DNA of 44,384 nt from an uncultured Erysipelotrichaceae bacterium. GTDB taxonomy: Bacteria; Bacillota_I; Bacilli_A; RF39; UBA660. Under the pieces are notes generated by a model, which did not search any database, had not been told where the DNA came from, and worked only from the letters and a program-made list of their open reading frames with translations. The position numbers and the translations under genes are program-made. Of the stretch, positions 10,302 through 18,669 are shown piece after piece; within the stretch, counting starts at the first letter, position 1; the number at the start of each line of letters is the position of its first letter. The stretch lies in assembly GCA_902782835.1 (NCBI GenBank), contig CACZOQ010000113.1, positions 1 to 44,384 of the forward strand, in the 5' to 3' direction.

Positions 10302-11039
10302 ATGAGAAAGTTTTTACATTGGGTTTGGTCGTTTTTAGAAGTCTTTATTATTGTTTATGTTATTTTAATTACTTCTTTTATTCTTTGTCGTAATAAATAT
10401 GGATATACTCAGTTTGGAAATTATACTTTTCAAAATATTGATTTAATCGATGAAAGAAATATTCAAAATACGAAAAAGGGTGATTTATTAATTGTTAAGA
10501 ATAGTAATGATATTCATGTTGGTGATTTGATTTACTATTATGCAGCATATAATGAAACTTATATTATTCGTAGTGATTACGTTACAAAAATTGATAGTGA
10601 TGATTATAGTTCTCTCTATACTGTTCATAGAGGAGATGATGACATTACAATTTCAAGTACAAGACTTTTAGGAAAATATGCTAATACTTATGGAACTCTT
10701 GGTAGTGTTCTTCAAGTATTGGAGAGTCGTATTGGATTCTTATTCTTAGTATTACTTCCTATTATGATTGTTTTCATCTATCAAGTATATGAATTTATTG
10801 TGATTATCCGTTATGAAAAAGTGGAAGATATAGAAGATGAAGAAGATTCTAGTTCTAAACAAGAAGAAGTAAAGCCTGTTGCAAAGGAATCAAAAATTTC
10901 AACAGCAACTGTTGAAAAAGAAGAAACTTCATCAAGCGTTCCTGAAGAAAAAGTGGAAAAAAATGTTGATAAGTTCCAATTTTTCCAAGAGGAAGAACCA
11001 AAAAAAGAAGAATCTGAAGAAGAAATTGAAATTTTATAA
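10302..11039 (+). CDS. SipW-like pseudo-peptidase (catalytic Ser and His not conserved) with an acidic C-terminal tail
   Basis: Same architecture as the two SipW genes: N-terminal TM, beta-rich ectodomain, C-terminal TM (LFLVLLPIMIVFIY) and an acidic tail. The SGSM position reads FGNYTFQNID and the THR position reads YIIRSD. Only the RGDDD (GD) box is kept. RBS AGGATGGTGA. Confidence 0.7.
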   Translation: MRKFLHWVWSFLEVFIIVYVILITSFILCRNKYGYTQFGNYTFQNIDLIDERNIQNTKKGDLLIVKNSNDIHVGDLIYYYAAYNETYIIRSDYVTKIDSDDYSSLYTVHRGDDDITISSTRLLGKYANTYGTLGSVLQVLESRIGFLFLVLLPIMIVFIYQVYEFIVIIRYEKVEDIEDEEDSSSKQEEVKPVAKESKISTATVEKEETSSSVPEEKVEKNVDKFQFFQEEEPKKEESEEEIEIL

Positions 11040-11068
11040 AAGGATTATTGCTAAATAATCCTTTTTTT
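11040..11068 (+). terminator. rho-independent terminator-like hairpin
   Basis: AAGGATTATT (11040-11049), loop GCTA, AATAATCCTT (11054-11063), then a T-run to 11068. It lies directly after the stop at 11037-11039. Confidence 0.6.
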
Positions 11069-11069
11069 A

Positions 11070-11078
11070 TGTTATAAT
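11070..11078 (+). promoter_or_regulatory. candidate extended -10 element (TGtTATAAT)
   Basis: TGTTATAAT at 11070-11078, immediately after the terminator and 20 nt before ATG 11098. Confidence 0.35.
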
Positions 11079-11097
11079 GTTAATAATAGGAGGAAGT

Positions 11098-11718
11098 ATG
11101 AAAAATAAGTTCAATCCCAAAAATATTGTTTTTGTTTTGTTATTGATTTTAGGCGCTTGCTTCCTATATTGGGGGTCTAAGATTACTTATACCTCTTATG
11201 AGTCCATGATTGAAGGATCGGCTAGTAGCCATACGGCAGGAATAAAAATTAAAATTAATGGTGTTAACGTGCTTGATAGTTCTGCCGTTTTGGATGATCG
11301 TATTATTTTAGATAATACTACTTGGGTTTCTACACATACTAGGGCTGGGAAACTATCTCCAGGTAGTCGCGGAACAATTGATTTACAATTAGATCCAACG
11401 GGTAGTGAGGTAGCGATTCTTTATGAGTTCCAGTTTGTCGATAAAGTAATTGATGAAGATAAATTGATTAATTTTGATTCTATTACTTGTGATGATACAG
11501 GTTTTACTCGAACGGCTGTTGATACGTATAGTGGTATATTAACAATGAATGATGTTATGGACGGAAAAAAAGTAAATATTTCAGTGGACTTTTATTTTGA
11601 TTATTTAACCGATATTGAAGGTATTACAGAAGATAATCAGACGTTGGATGATTTATTTGAAATTCATTTTCATGCAATACAATATAATGGAGAAACATTA
11701 GTACCTTATTCAGGATAG
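11098..11718 (+). CDS. TasA/camelysin-like secreted protein with a SipW-cognate-type N-terminus (paralogue A)
   Basis: Strong RBS AGGAGGA precedes ATG 11098. The upstream ATG at 11077 sits inside the -10 box. Lys-rich n-region, one hydrophobic helix, then KITYTSYES. The beta-rich body has GKLSPGSRGTIDLQLDPTGSE and is clearly paralogous to 18656-19243 (VLAPGSTGHFDIVVNAED). Confidence 0.6.
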   Translation: MKNKFNPKNIVFVLLLILGACFLYWGSKITYTSYESMIEGSASSHTAGIKIKINGVNVLDSSAVLDDRIILDNTTWVSTHTRAGKLSPGSRGTIDLQLDPTGSEVAILYEFQFVDKVIDEDKLINFDSITCDDTGFTRTAVDTYSGILTMNDVMDGKKVNISVDFYFDYLTDIEGITEDNQTLDDLFEIHFHAIQYNGETLVPYSG

Positions 11719-11727
11719 AGGAGTTTT

Positions 11728-12339
11728 ATGAATATAATCAAGGATAAAATTAAGAATATAGAATATGTTGATGAGAAAATTCGTTTTCTTCTTTTTGTGT
11801 TCTTCTTATTTTTTGTTCTTTTCTTAGCTCGTTATTTATTAGGAATGGCTTATTCTCGATATGAGGTTCGTACTAAGATTAATTCTAATATTGATAAAGC
11901 TTTATATATTTTTGAAGATGAAAAGCTAAGTTTTAATTTGGAACCAGATGGTATCATTCCTAGCAATGAACCATATACTTATCGTTTTAGTATTTCTAAT
12001 CATAATGCTTCTAAGCAAAGTGATGTAGATATAGCTTATAATGTTAGTTTACGAACAACAACGAATTTACCAATTACGATTCAGTTATATCGTAATGAAT
12101 TGCCTAGTACTCCAGGAGCTTCTAATGTTTTACAAGGAGCTGTTACTGCACAAGATGAGGATAATGCATGGTATCGTATTTATAATTGTAATAGTCAATA
12201 TCAAATGAATTATGTAGATGAGGTTACGGATTATTATACGATTGTGATTCATTTTCCAGCATCTTATTCTTCTAATTTAAACTATGCAAATTATATTGAA
12301 AGTATTGAGGTAATTATAGATTCTAATCAAATTATTTAA
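11728..12339 (+). CDS. secreted protein with a SipW-cognate-type N-terminus, distant TasA-like (paralogue B)
   Basis: RBS AGAGGAG. TM helix followed by GMAYSRYEV. The body has IIPSNEPYTYRFSISNHNAS, analogous to the TasA KPGD...F.NNGS block. Confidence 0.45.
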   Translation: MNIIKDKIKNIEYVDEKIRFLLFVFFLFFVLFLARYLLGMAYSRYEVRTKINSNIDKALYIFEDEKLSFNLEPDGIIPSNEPYTYRFSISNHNASKQSDVDIAYNVSLRTTTNLPITIQLYRNELPSTPGASNVLQGAVTAQDEDNAWYRIYNCNSQYQMNYVDEVTDYYTIVIHFPASYSSNLNYANYIESIEVIIDSNQII

Positions 12340-12350
12340 GGAGGGATTTT

Positions 12351-13289
12351 ATGAAATTTGTAAGAAAACATAAGACGGCAAGCATTATTGTTATGGTTTT
12401 TTTCACTTTGTTTCTTACGATTGCGATTGCTTTTGGTCGTTATATAAAAAATATTCTTAATAATTATATATTAGAAACGAAATCTTTTTATTTTAATAGT
12501 AGTATTTTAAATATTAATGGAAAGAATTATGCTATTACGAACTGGGATGGTGTTAATTCTTATAGTTTAACCATCGATTTGAATAACCGCAAAAGTGAAG
12601 AACGTTATACTAAAACTGATATTTCTTATAATATTTTAGTTTCTTGTCCAACTACTGTTGTATGCACACTTAATAAAACAGCTGGAGTCATCCATCCTGA
12701 GGATGAGACAGATAGTTATATTATAACGGTTACACCTCAACAGAACTTCCATGAAGGAGATACCGTTGTTGTGCAAACATCCGTTACGTCGGTTTCTCCT
12801 TATCAAAAAACATTGAGTGCTACCTATACTATCGGAGTTGAGAAAAGTGATTTTTCTTATGATATTGTTGATAGTGTTAATGCTAAATTTTTAACAATGA
12901 ATTTTACGAATGCAATTTCTTTCTATCAAGTTGAAACTGCATTTGCAGGACATGCTGTAGGAGAACATATTAGTTTGGATGAATATAATGAATTGTCTAC
13001 GAATGATCGTAATAATTGTTTCTCTGCTATTGTTACGGTTCAGTATGATCCTCATGATTTGTTTGTTGATATGACAAATGAATTATTTATTAAACGGTTA
13101 TCGGGAAATGGTTATTATGCAGAAGAAACAATAGGTGGATTTGCTTACGTCAAGAAATTTACATTTAAAGTACCGGCTAGTTCAAGTAGCTCTATTATCT
13201 TTTATAAGGATGATGTAACTGAGAATTATACTTATCCGATTGTAAATAATACGTCTGCTATTCAAGTTTCTGTAAATCTTGCAAATTAG
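12351..13289 (+). CDS. secreted protein with a SipW-cognate-type N-terminus, larger TasA-like candidate (paralogue C)
   Basis: RBS AAGGAGGG. TM helix followed by AFGRYIKN. Beta-rich, Ser/Thr/Asn-rich body (SYSLTIDLNNRKSE). Confidence 0.4.
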   Translation: MKFVRKHKTASIIVMVFFTLFLTIAIAFGRYIKNILNNYILETKSFYFNSSILNINGKNYAITNWDGVNSYSLTIDLNNRKSEERYTKTDISYNILVSCPTTVVCTLNKTAGVIHPEDETDSYIITVTPQQNFHEGDTVVVQTSVTSVSPYQKTLSATYTIGVEKSDFSYDIVDSVNAKFLTMNFTNAISFYQVETAFAGHAVGEHISLDEYNELSTNDRNNCFSAIVTVQYDPHDLFVDMTNELFIKRLSGNGYYAEETIGGFAYVKKFTFKVPASSSSSIIFYKDDVTENYTYPIVNNTSAIQVSVNLAN

Positions 13290-13313
13290 TATATTCTTTT
13301 TGACAAATATCTA

Positions 13314-13322
13314 TGATATAAT
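13314..13322 (+). promoter_or_regulatory. candidate extended -10 element (TGaTATAAT)
   Basis: TGATATAAT at 13314-13322. TTGACA at 13300-13305 is only 11 nt upstream, so the spacing is non-canonical. It sits 17 nt before the GTG at 13339. Confidence 0.35.
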
Positions 13323-13338
13323 TTATTTGATAGGATAG

Positions 13339-14397
13339 GTGATTTATGTGGACAATTTAATTAACGTATATATGAATTATAAAATGAATCGCCTTACTGA
13401 GTACGGTGTTTTGCTATTTCAACAAGATACCGTTTTTATTCGACAAGTGATGGAAGGATATATTCGGACATATATCGATAATTGCTATTATGGAATATTT
13501 AATACAATTGATGATAGTCATTTTAATTTGAAAAATCTAAAACTTGAGTTTGATGGAATTATGGTTGAAATGCTTGAAGATTATCGGGTTTATGAATTAC
13601 AAGTTAGTAATCAAGAGTATACTGATAATCGAAAAATGATAGAGGACTTGAATCCATTTTGCTTAGAACTGATTAAAATTGATGATTTAGAAATTGATAA
13701 TAAGGATAGTATTCCAGCTAAAGTTGAAGAATTTATACATAAAAATAAATTTTTTTCTGATAAGAAAGAGGTTGTTTCTAAATTGATTTCTCTAGTGAGA
13801 GAAACTTTTGTTACTTCTAAAAAATTATTAGATTTTACTGATAATTATTATGTTTTATCTGAACGTAGTTTTGAAGGACAAAAAGATATTATATATTTGG
13901 AGATGGTTCCTAATATTAAATCTTTAGAGATGTATCGTTCTAGTTTAGTGCAGAAGGTATATCGTGATGATCGATTAGAAATATCTAAGATAGAATGTTT
14001 ATTACAAAAGGTATCGTTATTGTTACTTCGTAATGTTTTAAAACATGATAAATTGAATACTTATTTTATTCAATTTCCTGATGGAGTAATCAGTCGTGGT
14101 AAGATTCAACATTCCATTTTATCTTTGATGGATAATCCTATCATTCGTAAACATGTTATTGTAGGAGTTTCTTATAATACATATTTAAATCAAAAAATTG
14201 CATTTGTAGAAGATTACCAATTTGGTTGTATTCAAGATTTTACACATATTCATGATGTATATCAGAAGACAGATACAATCTATAAAGAAGGAATATTTAA
14301 TTATCTTCTTGTTTGGGATTGTAAATACCGTGATCGTGATTATTTCTTAGGATATAATCCAGAATCTATGAAAACATTGGTATTTGAGGAGGATTAA
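13339..14397 (+). CDS. hypothetical cytoplasmic protein (352 aa), first gene of the AAA+ cassette
   Basis: Long ORF with no TM helix or signal peptide. The start is uncertain (GTG 13339, GTG 13348 or ATG 13372). Its stop at 14395-14397 is 1 nt from the next ATG. Confidence 0.6.
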   Translation: MIYVDNLINVYMNYKMNRLTEYGVLLFQQDTVFIRQVMEGYIRTYIDNCYYGIFNTIDDSHFNLKNLKLEFDGIMVEMLEDYRVYELQVSNQEYTDNRKMIEDLNPFCLELIKIDDLEIDNKDSIPAKVEEFIHKNKFFSDKKEVVSKLISLVRETFVTSKKLLDFTDNYYVLSERSFEGQKDIIYLEMVPNIKSLEMYRSSLVQKVYRDDRLEISKIECLLQKVSLLLLRNVLKHDKLNTYFIQFPDGVISRGKIQHSILSLMDNPIIRKHVIVGVSYNTYLNQKIAFVEDYQFGCIQDFTHIHDVYQKTDTIYKEGIFNYLLVWDCKYRDRDYFLGYNPESMKTLVFEED

Positions 14398-14398
14398 T

Positions 14399-15931
14399 AT
14401 GAGTACGTATATTCGATTTTTATTTGAATTTATGTCGGTTTTCTTTAAGGGAATCGGAATGATTGTAGGAGGTTTCTTTAAAGGAATTCTACAATTGTTT
14501 AATATACAAGAATACATGTATGTTATTGAGTTTTATCGAAGTGATTTAAATGTTGCTGAATGGATATTAGTAGTGGTTGCTGTTATAATTATGTTTATTG
14601 TTTTAGCACTCATTATTTTATTAATTGTATTCTTTATTAGAAAATATATGAAATTTCGAAAAACTCTTGTAGAACAAGAGTCTATGCTTCAAGAAATAGG
14701 AGAATTAAATCGAGAAGTTGCTACTTTAGTTGAAGAAAAAGAAAAGATTTTAGCTATGAAGGTTTCTCAACTTGGATTGAAACCTGATGAAGAAGCTACT
14801 GTTACAGAAGAAGAGACTGAAAGTACTGAGACTCTTGATGGAGATTTGGATAGTTATCGATTTAGTAAACTTCATGCCATTGATTTACAATTTCGTGATT
14901 ATAAGATTCAACAGTATAATAACACCTTTACTTTGGAAGAGTTAGTTGAATCATTTAGAAATTTCTGTGCTTCTAAGTTAAAACTTTATTATACGACAAA
15001 CTTAATACGTTTATTTATCTCTGGTTTATCAGCTACTAAATTGGTTATCTTACAAGGTATTTCTGGTACTGGTAAAACTTCCTTAGCTTATGCTTGGGGT
15101 AAATTTATTCGAAATGATGCTATTATTGCTTCTGTTCAACCATCTTGGCGTGATCGTACCGAGTTATTTGGTTATTTCAACGAGTTCACAAAAAAGTTTA
15201 ATGAAACAGAAGTTTTAAAGGGATTATATTTAGCTGGTTATACAGATGATGTTTATGTTACTGTACTAGATGAAATGAACATCGCTCGTGTTGAGTACTA
15301 TTTCGCTGAAATGTTATCTATTCTAGAAATGCCTTCTAGAGATGAGTGGATTGTAGAACTTGTTCCAAGTGCTTGGGATAATGACCCTAAGATGTTAAAT
15401 TCTGGAAAACTTCAAATCCCTGGAAATATGTGGTATGTTGGTACAATCAATAACGATGATTCTACGTTTGCTGTTACTGATAAAGTGTACGACCGTGCTA
15501 TGCCAATTGATATTAATGATAAAGGACAACCTTTTGAACCTATTGATACCGATTCTATGAATATTAATAGTTCTTATTTGGAAGGTTTGTTTGCAGAAGC
15601 TAAACAAAAACATCCTCTATCTAGTGAGATGGAAAATAAGATTAATGAGATGGATGATTATGTTATTAAACATTTCCGTATTGCTTTTGGTAACCGTATT
15701 GTTAAACAAATGAAAGATTTTGTCGCAACTTATATTGAATGTGGTGGTACTGAAGTTGATGGTGTTGATTATTATATTGCTCGAAAGATATTGCGTAAGT
15801 TTGAACAATTAAACCTAGCTTATATTCGTGATGAAATCGATCCATTTATTGAATTTTTAGATAAGATGTTTGGAAAAGATAATTTTAATGAGTGCAAAGA
15901 ATATCTAACAAGACTTAAGAAACTTGTATAG
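14399..15931 (+). CDS. membrane-anchored McrB-like AAA+ NTPase (GTPase-type)
   Basis: RBS GAGGAGGA precedes ATG 14399. N-terminal hydrophobic helices (WILVVVAVIIMFIVLALIILLIVFFI), a coiled-coil, then an acidic linker. Walker A is GISGTGKTS and Walker B is VTVLDEMN. The McrB-type segment MNIARVEYYFAEMLSILE and GTINNDDSTFAVTDKVYDRA compare with E. coli McrB DEINRANLSKVFGEVMMLME and GLMNTADRSLAVVDYALRRRF. Confidence 0.75.
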   Translation: MSTYIRFLFEFMSVFFKGIGMIVGGFFKGILQLFNIQEYMYVIEFYRSDLNVAEWILVVVAVIIMFIVLALIILLIVFFIRKYMKFRKTLVEQESMLQEIGELNREVATLVEEKEKILAMKVSQLGLKPDEEATVTEEETESTETLDGDLDSYRFSKLHAIDLQFRDYKIQQYNNTFTLEELVESFRNFCASKLKLYYTTNLIRLFISGLSATKLVILQGISGTGKTSLAYAWGKFIRNDAIIASVQPSWRDRTELFGYFNEFTKKFNETEVLKGLYLAGYTDDVYVTVLDEMNIARVEYYFAEMLSILEMPSRDEWIVELVPSAWDNDPKMLNSGKLQIPGNMWYVGTINNDDSTFAVTDKVYDRAMPIDINDKGQPFEPIDTDSMNINSSYLEGLFAEAKQKHPLSSEMENKINEMDDYVIKHFRIAFGNRIVKQMKDFVATYIECGGTEVDGVDYYIARKILRKFEQLNLAYIRDEIDPFIEFLDKMFGKDNFNECKEYLTRLKKLV

Positions 15932-15945
15932 TAGGAGGTGAGTAG

Positions 15946-17061
15946 ATGGATACTCTTGAAAAGGAAGAGGTATTAGATGATGATGAGTTATTTCTTCATA
16001 ATTTGAATTCAACCTTACATGTAAAAAAAGATTATGACATGAAAGACTTTGACTATGAGTGGTTGACTATTATTGAAGATGTTCTTCCTTACCTTGATAA
16101 TATTTTGAAAAATCCTAAGCGATTTATTATCAATGAAGAAGAAGTAGTTAAAGTTGAACTTGCTCGTAGAGTTACAGTTGAATCTGTTATTCATCTATCT
16201 CAGCATACTAATTTAATTCAAAAAATTGAAGATAATGGTGATGTTAAACCTTCTAAGATTTTAAATATTAATAAAGAAGAAAGTATGGATACTTATGAAA
16301 ACCGTTTTATATTTACTTTATTAAGTAATTTGAGGTATTTCTTTGAACAAAGAGTATCTGTTACTTCGGGGGCTAGCTATTGTTTAGATAAAAACTTATT
16401 GAAGTATGAAGCTAATACAAAAGTTTATGGAGAAGATTTGAAGATTAGTATTGATGTTAATGATATTACTAAAAATATCAAAGAACATTCTGGTGATCGT
16501 GGTAATATGACTTTTGAAGATCGTATTCGTAAGGCTAAAACACAAATTGATGGTTTTTTTGGAACAGAATTAATGCAAAATTTAGCGAAACTTCATTTTG
16601 ATCCTGTGCGTAGTCCTATTAAAAAGACAAATGTTATTTTGAAAAATCCTAATTTCCGTAAGGCTGAAGAATTATGGAATTATATTCAGTCTTTTGAAAG
16701 TAAAGATAAAAGAGAAAAAGAAAAAAGAGAATTCTTTGATAAGGGAATTTTAAAGAATGAATATGATCAAGCTTTCTTAATGGCTTTTATTGCAAATAAG
16801 AATTTTATTAGTAGTAGTACTAATACAACGGAGTCTAATATTATTAATCAAATGATTCAAAGATTAGTAGAGAATTTATTAGATACTGATTCTGAACTAA
16901 CGGAAGATAAAATTGCGGAAGCATTTGGAAAGCAAATACAAATTATAAAAGAAAAAAATGCAACTCGTGCTGATACTATTTATGGTGTTTTAAAAGATCG
17001 CCTTGATCGAGAGAATAACGCGATGAATGACGTATTGTTGTATTTCCAGAAAGAGGCGTAA
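15946..17061 (+). CDS. McrC/DUF2357-like partner protein without an obvious nuclease domain
   Basis: RBS AGGAGG. The motif DTYENRFIFTLLSNL resembles the conserved x-ENRF helix I recall from McrC-like/DUF2357 proteins encoded next to McrB-like ATPases. It is only 371 aa and the C-terminal half is helical, with no clear PD-(D/E)xK block. A weak LD...EDLK candidate is present. Confidence 0.45.
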   Translation: MDTLEKEEVLDDDELFLHNLNSTLHVKKDYDMKDFDYEWLTIIEDVLPYLDNILKNPKRFIINEEEVVKVELARRVTVESVIHLSQHTNLIQKIEDNGDVKPSKILNINKEESMDTYENRFIFTLLSNLRYFFEQRVSVTSGASYCLDKNLLKYEANTKVYGEDLKISIDVNDITKNIKEHSGDRGNMTFEDRIRKAKTQIDGFFGTELMQNLAKLHFDPVRSPIKKTNVILKNPNFRKAEELWNYIQSFESKDKREKEKREFFDKGILKNEYDQAFLMAFIANKNFISSSTNTTESNIINQMIQRLVENLLDTDSELTEDKIAEAFGKQIQIIKEKNATRADTIYGVLKDRLDRENNAMNDVLLYFQKEA

Positions 17062-17062
17062 A

Positions 17063-17878
17063 ATGAAAGGAATTGTTGATAATAAAATTTTTCGGATTTT
17101 ATTTGGAATTATAAAAGGTTTTTTTATAACAATTATTGTTATTTATTTATTGTTTATTTTATTTCAAAGATTATCTGGAAACCGTAGTTTATTTGGATAT
17201 CGTATGTTTACAGTTGCGTCTGGTTCCATGGCTGGTGTTTATGAAATCAATGATGTTATTGCTGTTAGAGATTATGATATTAAGAAATTAAAAATAGGGG
17301 ATGACATTGCTTACCGTGGAGTTCGTGGTGGTTTAGAAGGAATGCTTGTAACCCACCGAATCATTCGAATTGAGAATGGGACGAATGGTGAGAGAATATT
17401 TGTTACACGAGGAGTGAATGCACCTGCTGAGGACCCTTCTGTTTTAGAAAATCAGATTATGGGAAAAGTTGTTGGAGTTGTTCCAATTATATCTCCTTTA
17501 AATCATGCTGTTAAAAGTCAATTAGGATTTTTCTTACTTATCTTTTGCCCACTTGTAATTGTTATTGTTTTAGAAGTATTACAGACCATTACGGATATAC
17601 AATTGGAAAAAAATGAAATACAAGAAATTCACAAAGAAAGTACAAAATCTAAAAAGAAATTTAAACAAGATAATAATCATGTTGAAGAAAATAAACAGGA
17701 AGAAGATTCAAGTGAAAAATTTACTTTTACAGAAGAAGAATCTTCTAAGGAAAAACAAAATGAATCCCGTGATGAGATTCAGGTTAGTGAACATGAAAAA
17801 AGAGAAAGTGAAACGTACATTGAAGTACCAGAAGTTGTAGAAATGAAAGAAGAACGAGAAAAAATAGAAATCATATAG
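17063..17878 (+). CDS. sipW: SipW-type (S26B) signal peptidase I with an acidic/Lys-rich C-terminal tail
   Basis: RBS AAGAGG at 17051-17056. ATG 17063 lies 1 nt after the previous stop. N-terminal TM, FTVASGSMAGV (Ser), VTHRIIRI (His), TRGVNAPAED (first Asp of the GDxN box is Val, second Asp kept), C-terminal TM, then a charged tail. Confidence 0.8.
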   Translation: MKGIVDNKIFRILFGIIKGFFITIIVIYLLFILFQRLSGNRSLFGYRMFTVASGSMAGVYEINDVIAVRDYDIKKLKIGDDIAYRGVRGGLEGMLVTHRIIRIENGTNGERIFVTRGVNAPAEDPSVLENQIMGKVVGVVPIISPLNHAVKSQLGFFLLIFCPLVIVIVLEVLQTITDIQLEKNEIQEIHKESTKSKKKFKQDNNHVEENKQEEDSSEKFTFTEEESSKEKQNESRDEIQVSEHEKRESETYIEVPEVVEMKEEREKIEII

Positions 17879-17886
17879 GAGAAAAT

Positions 17887-18633
17887 ATGGGAAAGCAAAT
17901 AGACAGAGAAAAGTTAGCTGCTTTAAATGTTAAGTTTAGGAAGCATAAATATCTTAGTATCTTACTAGCACTTTTTACGTTAGGTGTTAATATTTTCGCT
18001 TGGTTTGCTTTTTCTTCTAGTGCTGGTCTTCAGCTAGATGCAACAGTTGCATCTTGGGATGTTGAATTTAAAGATAATGGTGTAGTTTCTCGTAATATTT
18101 ATATCGAGATTACTAAGATGAAACCTGGTATGACTACTTATGAAAAAACTGTTGAAGTTGATAATAATAGTGAGGTACCAGCTACTTTCCGTTATGAAGT
18201 TATTTCTGTTACTCTTTTAGGAAATACTTTAGATCTTACTCAGTATAGTAATATTGATACACACTTACGACAGTTCTATCCGTTTTCGATTCAATATGCT
18301 GCTAATAAAACATCATTAGCTGGTAATGATAGCCTTGAGTTTAATGTACAAGTATCTTGGCCTTATGAGTCTAATACTCCACAATATTTTTCTCAAGATG
18401 ATGTTGTTTATGATTTTAATGAGTCTTTCATTTATTATTTAAAGAATGGAACAAATTATGAAGAGACAACGATAGCGAATGAGACTGCTTTTACGAATCA
18501 GAAAAGTAATTTATATTTAATAAAAGATGATGCTGACAGTTATTTTGGTATGGCTTGTGGTAGTTATGAGAAAGCTACAGGAGAACCATGCTTGACTATG
18601 AATATGAGATTATATGTTGAACAAGTTAATTAG
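17887..18633 (+). CDS. TasA/camelysin-like secreted protein (paralogue D, closest to TasA)
   Basis: One TM helix, then DATVASWDVEF, KMKPGMTTYEKTVEVDNNSEVPATFRYEV. These align by eye with TasA DATFASGTLDL, NLKPGDKLTKDFQFENNGS. Confidence 0.65.
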   Translation: MGKQIDREKLAALNVKFRKHKYLSILLALFTLGVNIFAWFAFSSSAGLQLDATVASWDVEFKDNGVVSRNIYIEITKMKPGMTTYEKTVEVDNNSEVPATFRYEVISVTLLGNTLDLTQYSNIDTHLRQFYPFSIQYAANKTSLAGNDSLEFNVQVSWPYESNTPQYFSQDDVVYDFNESFIYYLKNGTNYEETTIANETAFTNQKSNLYLIKDDADSYFGMACGSYEKATGEPCLTMNMRLYVEQVN

Positions 18634-18641
18634 AAAAATAA

Positions 18642-18669
18642 AAATGCCTAAGTGATTAGGCATTTTTTT
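18642..18669. terminator. bidirectional rho-independent terminator between convergent genes
   Basis: AAATGCCTAA (18642-18651), loop GTGA, TTAGGCATTT (18656-18665). An A-run lies upstream and a T-run downstream. The hairpin contains the minus-strand stop codon (18656-18658). Confidence 0.75.

Noticed and set aside
13339-14397. Possible degenerate EAL-like (c-di-GMP phosphodiesterase-like) C-terminal half in the 352-aa protein (YFIQFPDGVI ... VIVGVSYNTYL ... FGCIQDFTHI ... LLVWDCKY)
   Set aside because: Only the spacing of hydrophobic and acidic patches is reminiscent. None of the EAL catalytic motifs (EAL, ExxE, DDFGTG, KxD) is actually present. This is too weak without a profile or structure search.
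14399-17061. Calling the AAA+/partner pair a classical McrBC type IV restriction system (mcrB/mcrC)
   Set aside because: The ATPase has TM helices in place of a DNA-binding N-domain. The partner is short and lacks an evident PD-(D/E)xK nuclease. I therefore kept the description at McrB-like/McrC-like and assigned no gene symbols.
17613-17840. 75-aa Lys-rich ORF overlapping the 3' end of the third SipW gene
   Set aside because: It is a frame-shifted reading of the GAA/AAA-rich tail-coding region. It has no RBS, and its product is pure low complexity.
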